Below, piece after piece: positions 33,019 to 42,600 of a DNA stretch of 52,182 nucleotides. Both the position numbers and the translations under genes were made by a program. The stretch is from positions 23,622 to 75,803 of the forward strand of contig DUEL01000012.1 of NCBI GenBank assembly GCA_011192125.1, written 5' to 3'. Source of the DNA: Thermoflexia bacterium (GTDB lineage Bacteria; Chloroflexota; Anaerolineae; B4-G1; DUEL01). Under the pieces are notes generated by a model, which was given only the letters and a program-made list of their open reading frames with translations, made no database searches and had not been told where the DNA came from. How positions within the stretch are numbered: the first letter of the stretch is position 1; each line of letters starts with the position of its first letter.

Positions 33019-34013
33019 TCATCTCGCGCACTCCCTTGCGGATCAGTTTCGTCGGCGGGGGTTCGGACCTGCCCGCCTTCTACGAGCGGGAACCCGGCGC
33101 GGTCGTCAGCACGGCGATCAACAAGTACATCTACATCACCGTTAACCGAAAGTTCGACAACAAGATCCGTGCCAGTTACTCCCGCACCGAGATCGTGGAC
33201 AGCGTGGAGGAACTGCGGCACGAGTTGATCCGTGAGGCCCTGAGGATGACGGGTATCGATCGGGCGATCGAGATCACCTCGATCTCCGACATCCCCTCGA
33301 GAGGTACGGGGTTGGGTTCCTCCAGCACCTACACCGTGGGTCTGTTGAACGCGCTCTATGCCCATCGAGGGCGGATGGTGGGTGCGGAGCGGTTGGCGAA
33401 GGAGGCATGTGAGATCGAGATCGAGCGGTGCAGGAAGCCCATCGGCAAACAGGACCAGTACATCGCGGCCTATGGGGGGCTGAAGTATATCCGCTTCTAC
33501 CCCGGCGGCGAGGTCGAAGTGACCCCCATCCTCTGCGCGCCCCAGACCCGGCGGGAGTTGCAGCGGCGGCTCCTGATGCTCTACACCGGCCTCACCCGCC
33601 GCGCCGACGACATTCTGGCCGAGCAGTCCCGCAACTGTGTGATGGACGAGACGAAACGGAACAGCCTCCGCAGGATGGTCCACCTCGCCGAACAGATGGT
33701 GGAGGCGTTGAGCCGGAACGAACTGGATGGCTTCGGAGAGGTGCTGCACGCCAACTGGCTGGAGAAGCAGCGGCTGGCCAGTGGGATCACCAACCCGGAC
33801 ATCGATCGGTGGTACGAGGCGGCGCGGGCACACGGGGCCATCGGGGGGAAGATTCTGGGCGCGGGCGGCGGCGGGTTCCTCCTGCTCTACGCTCCCCCGG
33901 AGCGGCACGAGGAGATCTGCCGCGCCCTGCCCGAACTGCGGGCGATCCCCTTCCGCTTTGAGCCGCAGGGGAGCCGGATCATCTACGTCGAGGAGAACGG
34001 GTATGTCCCCTGA
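33015..34013 (+). CDS. hddA: GHMP kinase, D-glycero-alpha-D-manno-heptose-7-phosphate kinase-like
   Basis: MIISRTPLRISFVGGGSD, GTGLGSSS, GKQDQY, GGKILGAGGGG. Confidence 0.85.
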   Translation: MIISRTPLRISFVGGGSDLPAFYEREPGAVVSTAINKYIYITVNRKFDNKIRASYSRTEIVDSVEELRHELIREALRMTGIDRAIEITSISDIPSRGTGLGSSSTYTVGLLNALYAHRGRMVGAERLAKEACEIEIERCRKPIGKQDQYIAAYGGLKYIRFYPGGEVEVTPILCAPQTRRELQRRLLMLYTGLTRRADDILAEQSRNCVMDETKRNSLRRMVHLAEQMVEALSRNELDGFGEVLHANWLEKQRLASGITNPDIDRWYEAARAHGAIGGKILGAGGGGFLLLYAPPERHEEICRALPELRAIPFRFEPQGSRIIYVEENGYVP

Positions 34014-35289
34014 GAGATATCGCCTCCTCTACTTCTCGGGGTACGCGTGGGGGAATCTGGGCCGCCGGAAGACCCGCCTGGCCTGGGAGTTCGCTCAACG
34101 GCCCGAGGTCGCCGGCGTCCTGTACGTGGAGCCGCCGGTGGCGACCAGCGTCCTCGACCTGGCGCGGGGTCGCTTCGGTCCGGGCCACCTCCCGCCCACC
34201 CGCCGCGCTCACCTGAACGCCATCCTGGGCCGCCCCCGTCCGGCCGACGGAAAGGTGCGGGTCTTCATCGGCTCCGAGAAAGCGCTCCCCCTGACCCGGC
34301 TGGACGCGATCCGACGGTGGGATACCCTCCGGCGGATCAACCGGCGGATCTACGCCTCCCGCATCCGCGCGGCGCTGCGGCGGCTGGGGCCAGAGCCAGT
34401 GATCCTCTGGCTTTCCCACCCCCTCCAGGCCTGGGCGATGGACGCCTTCCCGGAGCGGGTGTTGTGTTGCTACGATTGGACTGACGACTGGACCGCTTTT
34501 GAGATCCTGCCGGTGGCGGATCGAAGGGAACTGGAGCGGCTCAACGACCGGCTGTTGCGGGAGACGGACGTGGTCTTCGCCGTCTCCGAAAGCCTTCATC
34601 GGCGCGCCCTCCAGGCCAATCCCAACACTTATCGGGCTCCCAACGCGACTGACCTGGCGGTGGTGGGGAAGGCGGCTGAACCCGGCCCTGTCGCACCGGA
34701 GGTGCGCGACCTCTCCCACCCCGTCATCGGTTACGTCGGCCAGATCGCCGACAAACTCGACTACGACCTCCTGGCGGCGGTGGTGGATGCTCGTCCAGGC
34801 TGGTCGTTCGTCTTCGTCGGCGACATCTGGGACAACCATCGACATCAGGTAGCGGCGCTGGACGCTCGACCCAACGTCCATTTCCTGGGGCGGCGGAACT
34901 TTCCCGATCTCCCTGCCTACTTCCAGGGCTTCGATGTCTGCATCCTCCCGCACGCTGTCACTCCGCTCACCCGGAGCATGGACCCCATCAAGTTGTACGA
35001 CTACCTGGCGACAGGGAAGCCGATCGTCAGCACGCCGGTAGCGGGGGTCGAGCGGTTCGCCGACGTGGTCTACATAGGCGAGGGACCAGAGGGGTTCCTT
35101 GGTGCGCTGGAGCGAGCACTGCGGGAGCCGCCGAGCGTGCGGGAGCGGCGGCTGCGGTACGCCCGGGAGAACACCTGGGCGCAGCGAGCGGAGGAGATGT
35201 GGTCGGTCCTCCACTCTCGTCTGAGACGGATGGAGAACGCCACTGGGACGCAGGGAACGCAGAGGAAGCAACCGGGAGGGAAGAAGTGA
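34003..35289 (+). CDS. GT4/GT-B glycosyltransferase (TuaH-like)
   Basis: YDWTDDW, IGYVGQI, PIKLYDYLATGKPIVST. Confidence 0.87.
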   Translation: MSPERYRLLYFSGYAWGNLGRRKTRLAWEFAQRPEVAGVLYVEPPVATSVLDLARGRFGPGHLPPTRRAHLNAILGRPRPADGKVRVFIGSEKALPLTRLDAIRRWDTLRRINRRIYASRIRAALRRLGPEPVILWLSHPLQAWAMDAFPERVLCCYDWTDDWTAFEILPVADRRELERLNDRLLRETDVVFAVSESLHRRALQANPNTYRAPNATDLAVVGKAAEPGPVAPEVRDLSHPVIGYVGQIADKLDYDLLAAVVDARPGWSFVFVGDIWDNHRHQVAALDARPNVHFLGRRNFPDLPAYFQGFDVCILPHAVTPLTRSMDPIKLYDYLATGKPIVSTPVAGVERFADVVYIGEGPEGFLGALERALREPPSVRERRLRYARENTWAQRAEEMWSVLHSRLRRMENATGTQGTQRKQPGGKK

Positions 35290-35322
35290 TGAGGCTTCTG
35301 CAATTTCTGTGTCTCTGCGGTG
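35238..35322. repeat. REP-like palindrome family A, copy 5 (degenerate; overlaps GT 3' end)
   Basis: cgccactgggacgcagggaacgcagag ... ttctgcaatttctgtgtctctgcggtg. Confidence 0.6.
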
Positions 35323-35364
35323 GGAACGGCCAAAAGTGTGTAAGTGCTGCCAAGGAGCAGGTCA

Positions 35365-36465
35365 GTGCCTAGAGTCAGCGTTGTTATTCCCACCTACAAC
35401 CGGGCCGCGATGGTCTGCGAGGCCATCGACAGCGTGTTGGTCCAGACCTACCCCGACTTTGAGGTCATAGTGGTGGACGACGGGTCCACCGACGGGACCG
35501 AGCAGGTGTTGCGGGAGCGGTATGGGGACGACCGGGTCCGCTATTTCTACCAGGAGAACCAGGGCCGGGCGGTGGCCCGCAACCGAGGGGTACGGATGTC
35601 GAAGGGGGAGTACCTGCTCTTCTTGGACTCCGACGACTGGCTCCTTCCCCACGCCCTGGAGGTCCAGGTCGGCTTTCTGGATCGCCGCCCGGAGGTGGAT
35701 GTGGTCTACGGGGACGGATACTACTGCGATGCGGAGGGGCGGCGGCTGCAGCGGATCTCGGAGGAGCGGCCCGCGATCCCGGAGGAAGGGCTGCTGGCGG
35801 TGATGATCCTGCACAACGTGGTCGTAGCGCCCCACTCGGCTATGGTGCGACGGCGGGCGCTGGGTCTTCTGGGCGATCCCTGGTTCGACGAGCGGTTGCG
35901 GGGCACGGAGGACGCCGATCTCTGGTTGCGGTTGGCTGCGGCGGGAGCTCGCTTCGCCTCGCACGGCGAGCCCGTCTGTTTGTACCGCCTTCACGGAGAG
36001 AACGCCTCCTCCCGCTCCCACCCCCAGTGGGCGCGCCGCTGGCGGTCGGTGCAGCGGTTCAAACGGAAGACCCTCGCGGCCGATTTCTTCCCCACGCTGC
36101 CGCTTTGGTCCCGGCGGGAGTTCCTTCGTCAGATGCTCCTCATCTTTTTCGACGGGGAGCCGGAAGCCCAGGCGGAGATCGTGGCGTCGGATCGCTTCCG
36201 GGCGCTGCCGCGGGAGGATCAGGCGATGCTCCTGTATCGGCTGGGCGTGGAGACGGTGACGCGCCACCGCGACCTGAAGCGGGGACGGGTGTGGTTGGCT
36301 CAGGCTCTTGCCCTGTCACCTCGTCGGAAGTATCGCCTGGCCCTTGCGCTCGCCCGTTGGCGGGGGCTTCCCCTGCGGTTGCTGGTCGGCCTGCGGCGGC
36401 GGCTCGCCCCGCGCCGTATGGACAAGAGCCTGGCCCCCCATTGGCAGGACGTGGCGGGAGGATGA
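35365..36465 (+). CDS. GT2 glycosyltransferase
   Basis: VSVVIPTYNR, VVDDGSTD, ARNRG, FLDSDD, EDADLWLR. Confidence 0.9.
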   Translation: MPRVSVVIPTYNRAAMVCEAIDSVLVQTYPDFEVIVVDDGSTDGTEQVLRERYGDDRVRYFYQENQGRAVARNRGVRMSKGEYLLFLDSDDWLLPHALEVQVGFLDRRPEVDVVYGDGYYCDAEGRRLQRISEERPAIPEEGLLAVMILHNVVVAPHSAMVRRRALGLLGDPWFDERLRGTEDADLWLRLAAAGARFASHGEPVCLYRLHGENASSRSHPQWARRWRSVQRFKRKTLAADFFPTLPLWSRREFLRQMLLIFFDGEPEAQAEIVASDRFRALPREDQAMLLYRLGVETVTRHRDLKRGRVWLAQALALSPRRKYRLALALARWRGLPLRLLVGLRRRLAPRRMDKSLAPHWQDVAGG

Positions 36466-37658
36466 CGGTGCGCATCGCGGTCTATCACAACCTCCATTCC
36501 GGCGGCGCGCTTCGCACCCTCACCGAGCAGGTGCGGCGTCTCTCCGTGCGGCACGATCTCGCTCTCTTTACTCTCACCACGGCGACGCCGGTGGAGGTGG
36601 ACGGGGTGCTGGTCCGAGCCTTCCCGTTTCGCCCGGGCCCGGAACTGCGCCGTCCCCTCGGCCGGATCAACCGGGCCGTGCGGGCGGCCGACCTGGTCCG
36701 GCTGGCGCGGGTCAACCGACGGGTGGCCCAGGCGATCGACGCCGGGGGCTTCGACGTGGTGCTGGTCCACCCCTGTCGGTTCACCCAGGCTCCGTCGCTG
36801 TTACGACACCTGCGCACCCCTGCGGTCTATTACTGCCACGAGCCGCTTCGTCGCCTGTACGAGCCGCCGGTCCCCCGGCCCTACCTGCGCCGCTCTCCTC
36901 TGCGGGGTGCGCTGGATAAGGTGGATCCGGCCCTTCGTCTCTACCGGGCCCTCCTGCGGCGGAGCGATCGGGCAGCGACTCAGGCTGCCACGTGCGTCTT
37001 GGTTAACTCCGCCTTCACCCGGGACAACGTCCGTCGCATCTACGGGATAGAGGCCCACGTCTGCCGCCACGGGATCGACGCCGACCGGTTCCGCCCGTTG
37101 GGGGTGGCGCGGGACGGATTCGTCCTCTCCGTGGGTGCGTTGACCCCCTACAAGGGGTTCGATCTCCTGGTCGAGGGGTTGGCCCGCTTGCCCGCGGATG
37201 CTCGTCCTTCCCTTCGCCTCATCTGCAACTACGTCGAACCGCAGGAGCGGGCGTACCTGGAGGGGCTGGCGGCGGGCCGGAGGGTGGACCTGGGGATCCG
37301 GGTCGGCGTGGACGACGAGGATCTGGTGGCGGCCTACAACCGCGCCGCCCTGGTCGCCTACACCCCGCACCGGGAGCCGCTGGGGCTGGTGCCGCTGGAG
37401 GCGATGGCCTGCGCGACGCCGGTGGTGGGAGTGGACGAGGGGGGCGTGCGGGAGACGGTCCTGCACGGCCGGACCGGCCTGCGGGTCCCCCGCGATCCCC
37501 GTGCCCTGGCCGAGGCGATCGGCGATCTGCTGGAGTGTCCGGAACGGGCCCGGATGATGGGCCAGGCGGGCCGTCGCTGGGTCGTCGAGGCGTGGGATTG
37601 GGAGGGAGCGGTGCAGGATCTGCTCCGTCACCTGGGAGCAGCAGCATCTGACGCATAA
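36462..37658 (+). CDS. GT4 glycosyltransferase
   Basis: YCHEP, KGFDLL, EPLGLVPLEAMACATPVV. Confidence 0.9.
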   Translation: MTVRIAVYHNLHSGGALRTLTEQVRRLSVRHDLALFTLTTATPVEVDGVLVRAFPFRPGPELRRPLGRINRAVRAADLVRLARVNRRVAQAIDAGGFDVVLVHPCRFTQAPSLLRHLRTPAVYYCHEPLRRLYEPPVPRPYLRRSPLRGALDKVDPALRLYRALLRRSDRAATQAATCVLVNSAFTRDNVRRIYGIEAHVCRHGIDADRFRPLGVARDGFVLSVGALTPYKGFDLLVEGLARLPADARPSLRLICNYVEPQERAYLEGLAAGRRVDLGIRVGVDDEDLVAAYNRAALVAYTPHREPLGLVPLEAMACATPVVGVDEGGVRETVLHGRTGLRVPRDPRALAEAIGDLLECPERARMMGQAGRRWVVEAWDWEGAVQDLLRHLGAAASDA

Positions 37659-37711
37659 CGCTTGACGCTTGACGTATGACGTATGGCGTGTGACATATGA
37701 CGCATCACGTA
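37649..37711 (+). repeat. 7-bp tandem repeat (TGACGYW consensus), 9 units
   Basis: tgacgca taacgct tgacgct tgacgta tgacgta tggcgtg tgacata tgacgca tcacgta. Confidence 0.88.
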
Positions 37712-37729
37712 GCAGGGAGGTAGTCTCTT

Positions 37730-38359
37730 ATGGATCAAACAGTGACTCTGGAAGCAGAACGGCCCGTGGAGCCGGACGTGCTGCCCTACACGCACTTCTT
37801 GCGGAAGTTCTGGTACAACATGCCCCCCCGCGACAAAGTGATCGCCGCACTAGGGGTCCTGCGGTGGATGTTGCGCTTCTATAAATTCGATTCCCGAGAG
37901 CCGTTCATCATCGAGCGCAAGGTTCAGATCCTCAAGTGGAGGGGCGGGCGCATCGAGATCGGACGGGGGGCCCGGCTGGCTATGGGGAGCAAGATCGTCT
38001 GCGGGGGGCACCTGGTCATCGGCCCGCGCACGATCATTGGGGCCAATAACGTGATTATGTGCGCCACCGAGGTCAAGATCGGCGCCCGCTGTATGATCAG
38101 TTGGAACTGCAGCATCTTCGACTCCATCGGTCATAAGATGTGGCTGGAGCGTACCGGTGAGGCGGAGATCGAAGCGCCGATCACCATTGGCGACGACGTC
38201 TGGATCGGACCTTATTCCATCATTATGAAGGGCGTGACCATCGGCGAAAACACCATCATTGGCGCGGGTTCGGTGGTGCGGCGGGACGTCCCGCCCAACT
38301 CGCTGGTCTACGGCAACCCGGCCCGAAGGGCGGGGACGGTCGTGCGGTGGGAGCGGTAG
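37730..38359 (+). CDS. left-handed beta-helix (hexapeptide) O-acyltransferase
   Basis: ITIGDDVWIG..GVTIGENTIIGAGSVV..GNPAR. Confidence 0.9.
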   Translation: MDQTVTLEAERPVEPDVLPYTHFLRKFWYNMPPRDKVIAALGVLRWMLRFYKFDSREPFIIERKVQILKWRGGRIEIGRGARLAMGSKIVCGGHLVIGPRTIIGANNVIMCATEVKIGARCMISWNCSIFDSIGHKMWLERTGEAEIEAPITIGDDVWIGPYSIIMKGVTIGENTIIGAGSVVRRDVPPNSLVYGNPARRAGTVVRWER

Positions 38360-38360
38360 A

Positions 38361-39575
38361 GTGAGGAAGGTCGGCATTGCCTTCGGCGCGGTGGTACTGG
38401 TCGGGTTGCTCCTCTTGGTCGGCCTGGAGGTCGCCGCCCGCACCCTCCATTGGTGGCCCGACCCGCTCTTCCAGCCCGACGAGCGGTTCGGCGTCTTCCA
38501 CATCCCCAACGCTGAAGGATGGTGGGTCAACATCGACGTGCCCGACGAGTTTCAGACCTATGTCCGCATCAACTCGAAGGGGCTGCGAGATCGAGAGTAC
38601 CCCTACGAGAAGCCGCCGGGGACCTTTCGTATCCTGGTGCTGGGTGATTCCTACGCCGACGCGCTGGAGGTGCCGCTGGAGGACTCTTTCCAGGAGGTGC
38701 TGGAGGTCCGGTTGAACGAACGGTTGGATCAGCCGGTCGAGGTGATCAACGGCGGGGTGTGGGGGTACGGCAACGATCAGGAACTGCTCTTCTACCGGCT
38801 GGAGGGGCGGAAGTACCAGCCCGACCTGGTCCTCCTGGCCTTCCAGCCCAACAGCGACGTGCTGGAGAACCACCGAGAGATGGAGACCCGCTATATGGGG
38901 CGGGAGTACAAGCCCTTCTTCGTGCTCGGGGAGGAGGGGGAACTGGAACTGGTGAACTTCCCCTTCCGTCCCGAACCGGAGCCGCCGCCGCGGAACGGGC
39001 TGGAGCGGGTCAAGCGGTTCCTCGCCGCTAACTCCCGCGCCTATCCGGTTGTCTCCCGCTTCATCAAAGCACGACTGCGGGGGGTCGCTACGTGGCTGCG
39101 GGAGATCGGAGTGATGGACCCGCCCCAGGGCGAGACCGTCGCCGGAGGGATCCCGATGGGGATGTACCTCTACGCCGCCGACTACCCGCCCGAGTGGGAA
39201 GAGGCGTGGGCCGTCACGAAGGCGATCATCACCCAGTTGAGGCAGGAGGTGGAGGCGGACGGGGCCCGGCTGGTCGTGGTCATCCTTCCCGACCGTCATT
39301 TGGTGGAGGGCGACTACCTGGCCTGGGCGCTGCGCACCTACCCGGCGATGCAGGGGAAGGAGTGGGACCTGGATAAGCCGAATCGGATGATGCGGGAGTT
39401 CCTGGAAGAGCAGGGGATCCCATACCTGGAGATGGTCGAAGAGTTTCGCCAGCGTGCTGAGGAGACCGGCCGGCCTCTGTACTACCCCAGGGATGGCCAC
39501 TGGAACGTGGAAGGGCACCGTTTGGCCGGGGATCTGATCGCCGACTGGCTCGTGGAGCGGTCGTTGGTGCGGTGA
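38361..39575 (+). CDS. membrane-anchored SGNH/GDSL hydrolase-like protein (possible polysaccharide O-acetyltransferase/esterase)
   Basis: N-terminal TM, NSKGLRD, LGDSY, GVWGYG, DGHWNVEGH. Confidence 0.85.
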   Translation: MRKVGIAFGAVVLVGLLLLVGLEVAARTLHWWPDPLFQPDERFGVFHIPNAEGWWVNIDVPDEFQTYVRINSKGLRDREYPYEKPPGTFRILVLGDSYADALEVPLEDSFQEVLEVRLNERLDQPVEVINGGVWGYGNDQELLFYRLEGRKYQPDLVLLAFQPNSDVLENHREMETRYMGREYKPFFVLGEEGELELVNFPFRPEPEPPPRNGLERVKRFLAANSRAYPVVSRFIKARLRGVATWLREIGVMDPPQGETVAGGIPMGMYLYAADYPPEWEEAWAVTKAIITQLRQEVEADGARLVVVILPDRHLVEGDYLAWALRTYPAMQGKEWDLDKPNRMMREFLEEQGIPYLEMVEEFRQRAEETGRPLYYPRDGHWNVEGHRLAGDLIADWLVERSLVR

Positions 39576-39613
39576 ATGGGTGGCTGGGTGGCAGGGTGAC
39601 TAAAGGAGTTAGG

Positions 39614-42600
39614 ATGAGGACGCAGGGGAAGGGGCTGGGTTTGGTGCTGGCGCTGGCAGGAGGCGTTGCGGCGCTGGGCATCCTGTTCATCGTGCTGGGT
39701 GCGTCGCCGATCGTCCAGGCCTCACCTCCCGTGGAGGGGAACCCCCTCTCGTTCGGGGGAAGCACGCCCCTCTTCGCGCCGGATGGGGACGTGGAGGGGC
39801 TCGCCGTGGCCGACCTGGACGGCGACGGCGACCTGGACATGGCTTTCGCCCCCGGCGCGACGGTCCGGATCGCCGCGGGTAGGGGGTTCTCCACCTCGAT
39901 GGAGATCGGAACCTGCGCTGGCACGGTCCACGCCCTGGCCGTGGCCGACTTCGACCGAGACACCCGGCCCGACCTGGTGGCCTTCTGCGACGGCGAGGTC
40001 CGTCTCTGGCGCAATCCCGGTGCCCCCTTCTCCACCCCGTGGGCGGAGACCGGCGCGGTGACCACCTCCCTTGTGCTGACTTACCCGGCAGGGACGGTGG
40101 CCGACCTGGACCAGGACGGCGCGCCCGACCTGATCGGTGCGGGGAGCGACGGGGCGGTGTTCCTGTGGCGTAACCCGATGGCTCCCGGTGGTCCCTTCGT
40201 CGCCGAATGGGGGACAGCGACCCAGTGGGCCGTCGGCGGGCCGATCCACGCTCTGGCTGCGGCCGACATGAACCGCGATGGGCAGGTCGATTTGGTGGTC
40301 GGCGCGGGTGGGGACCTGCAACTGTGGCAGAATCCCGGCGCACCCTTCTCCGGATCCTGGACGGCCTCCCAGACCTGGGTGGGGGCCGGGGATGAAATTC
40401 TCTCGCTCGTCGTGGCCGACCTCGATCTGGACGGTGTGCCCGACGCGGCGGCCGGCGATGCGGCGGGGCGGATCCTTGGATGGGCGAGCCCCTTCACCCT
40501 CGGGACTCCCTTCGGCGGCACGCCTCCCGCGCCGAGGGTGCTGGGCGATCTGGGGGGACCCGTGTACGGGTTGACCGTCGCCGATTTCGACCACGACGGC
40601 TGGTCGGACCTCGCCGGTGCCGGGGGAGGGTCGTCGCCGAGCCTGCGCGCCTGGCGCAACGGCCGCTCCCTCCTCGTTCCCTGGGACTGGATCACGGTGG
40701 GGGGGTGGGGAGACGCGCTTCTCGTTCTGATCACCGCCGACGTGGATGGCGATGGGGACGCGGACCTGCTGGTTGGCGCTGGGGCGGGCGCTACCGCAGA
40801 GGTGGTCGAATGGCCCAACACGCTCCTCCACCGCCGTGCCCCCTTCGCGGAGACCGGGGTGCCGGTAGCCTCGCGCCCCGCCGACGTGCGGGCCTTGGCC
40901 ACGGGCGACCTGGACCAGGACGGATGGCCCGAACTGGTCGGCGGAGACAGCCTGGGGGAGGTGTTGATCTGGGAGAGCGGGGGCGCGCCCCTGGAGGGTT
41001 CCTGGACGGCTCACGCCGTCGGCGAAGCCGGGCCGGTGCTCGCCCTGGCCCTGGCCGACCTGGATGGCGACGGCGACCTGGAGATCGTCAGCGGCCACAG
41101 TTCGCCGCCGTACCTGCTGGTCTGGCGGAACGGGGGAACGGGGCTGGACGGCCCGTGGACGCGTACCACCGTCGGGGACCCCGGCGCGCCGATCGGGGAC
41201 ATCGCGGTGGCCGATCTGGACCGGGATGGCAGGCTTGACCTGGTCACGGGCTCCGGCGAGCACCTGGACGACCCCAGCCCCAACCACAAGGTCACCCTCT
41301 GGCGGAACGATGGCACGCCCTTCGATGGCCCTTGGCCCTTCGTCGATGCCGCGGTCCTCACCTACAGCGTCAACGCCGTGGCGGTGGGCGACCTGGACGG
41401 CGACGGGTGGGCCGACGTGGTCGCCGGAACCGACCACGCTCCCGCTGTAGGCACGGCCGATGAACCGGTCGCCCGCTCGGAGTGGCCCAACGTCTACGAA
41501 CTGCTCGCCCTCCGCAGCCCCACCGACCCCTTCGCAGGCTCTTGGGCCGTCACGATCGTGGGGCGGGACCCGGCGACGGTGACGCTGGGGCCGGAGGAGA
41601 GCCCCAGCCACTACCACGGCTACTGGGGCGCGACCGTCCACGATGTGGCCCTGGCCGATCTGGACCGGGACGGCGACCTGGACATCGTGTCCGCCGATCG
41701 CATCGAGGCCGACTACCAGGTGAAGGTCTGGGAGAACGACGGCACCCCCTTCGACGAGCAGCCAGCCACGTTCCACTGGACCTGGCAGCCGACGGCGGTC
41801 TGGTACGGGACGCCCCCCTCGCCGCCGTGGATGGGCGGTTCGGCAGTATCCCTGGTCGTGGAGGACCTCAACCGTGACGGCTGGATCGACGTGATGCCTG
41901 GGGTTACCCGCTGGCGGCGGATGTGGTTCGAGAACTCCGGTCTGCCCTTCGGTGACTTCCTGACCGACACTCACTGGATCGACCATATCATCGCACCCAG
42001 CCAGATGGTCGTGCGGGCTGTGGTCGCGGGCGATTTCGACCGGGACGGCGACGTCGATGTGGTGGAGGGGAGCGATTACTGGGACGGGGTCGAGGTCGAC
42101 CTCTGGCGCAACGTCTCTGGCGGAGTCACGGAGATGGTGATGCCGACCGATCCACCGCCCATCCAACACGGTCAGATGGACGACGTGCTCGCCATCGCGT
42201 TCACCCACAACGGCCTGCCCGGTGAGGAAGGGGTTCGCCCGATGTGGTGGCGCATCCAGTTTACGGCCCCCGATGGGACGCCGTTGACCTCCGCGCAGGC
42301 GAACGACATCATCGAGACGGTGTGGGTCTACCGGGACGGGGGGAACCGTCGATGGTCGGTCGCCGACACGCCCGTCATCACCGCGACCGATCTGACGTTG
42401 GACGCTGAGGGGTATCAGACCCTCCACGCCGACCCCGGAGATGCTCGTCTGGTAGTGGTCCCCGGGGAGACGGTGTATTTCTTCGTAGTGGTCCAGGTGG
42501 CGAACGGCGCGATGTACGCCACGCCCAACGAGTTCGCGGTGTGGATCGACGCCGACGCCGATTCTCTGGTGGAGGGGATCGTCACCGGAGCCAGCATCGC

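Noticed and set aside
37669-37884. 71-aa ORF starting in the heptamer array
   Set aside because: Its N-terminus is translated repeat and it overlaps the acyltransferase gene out of frame.
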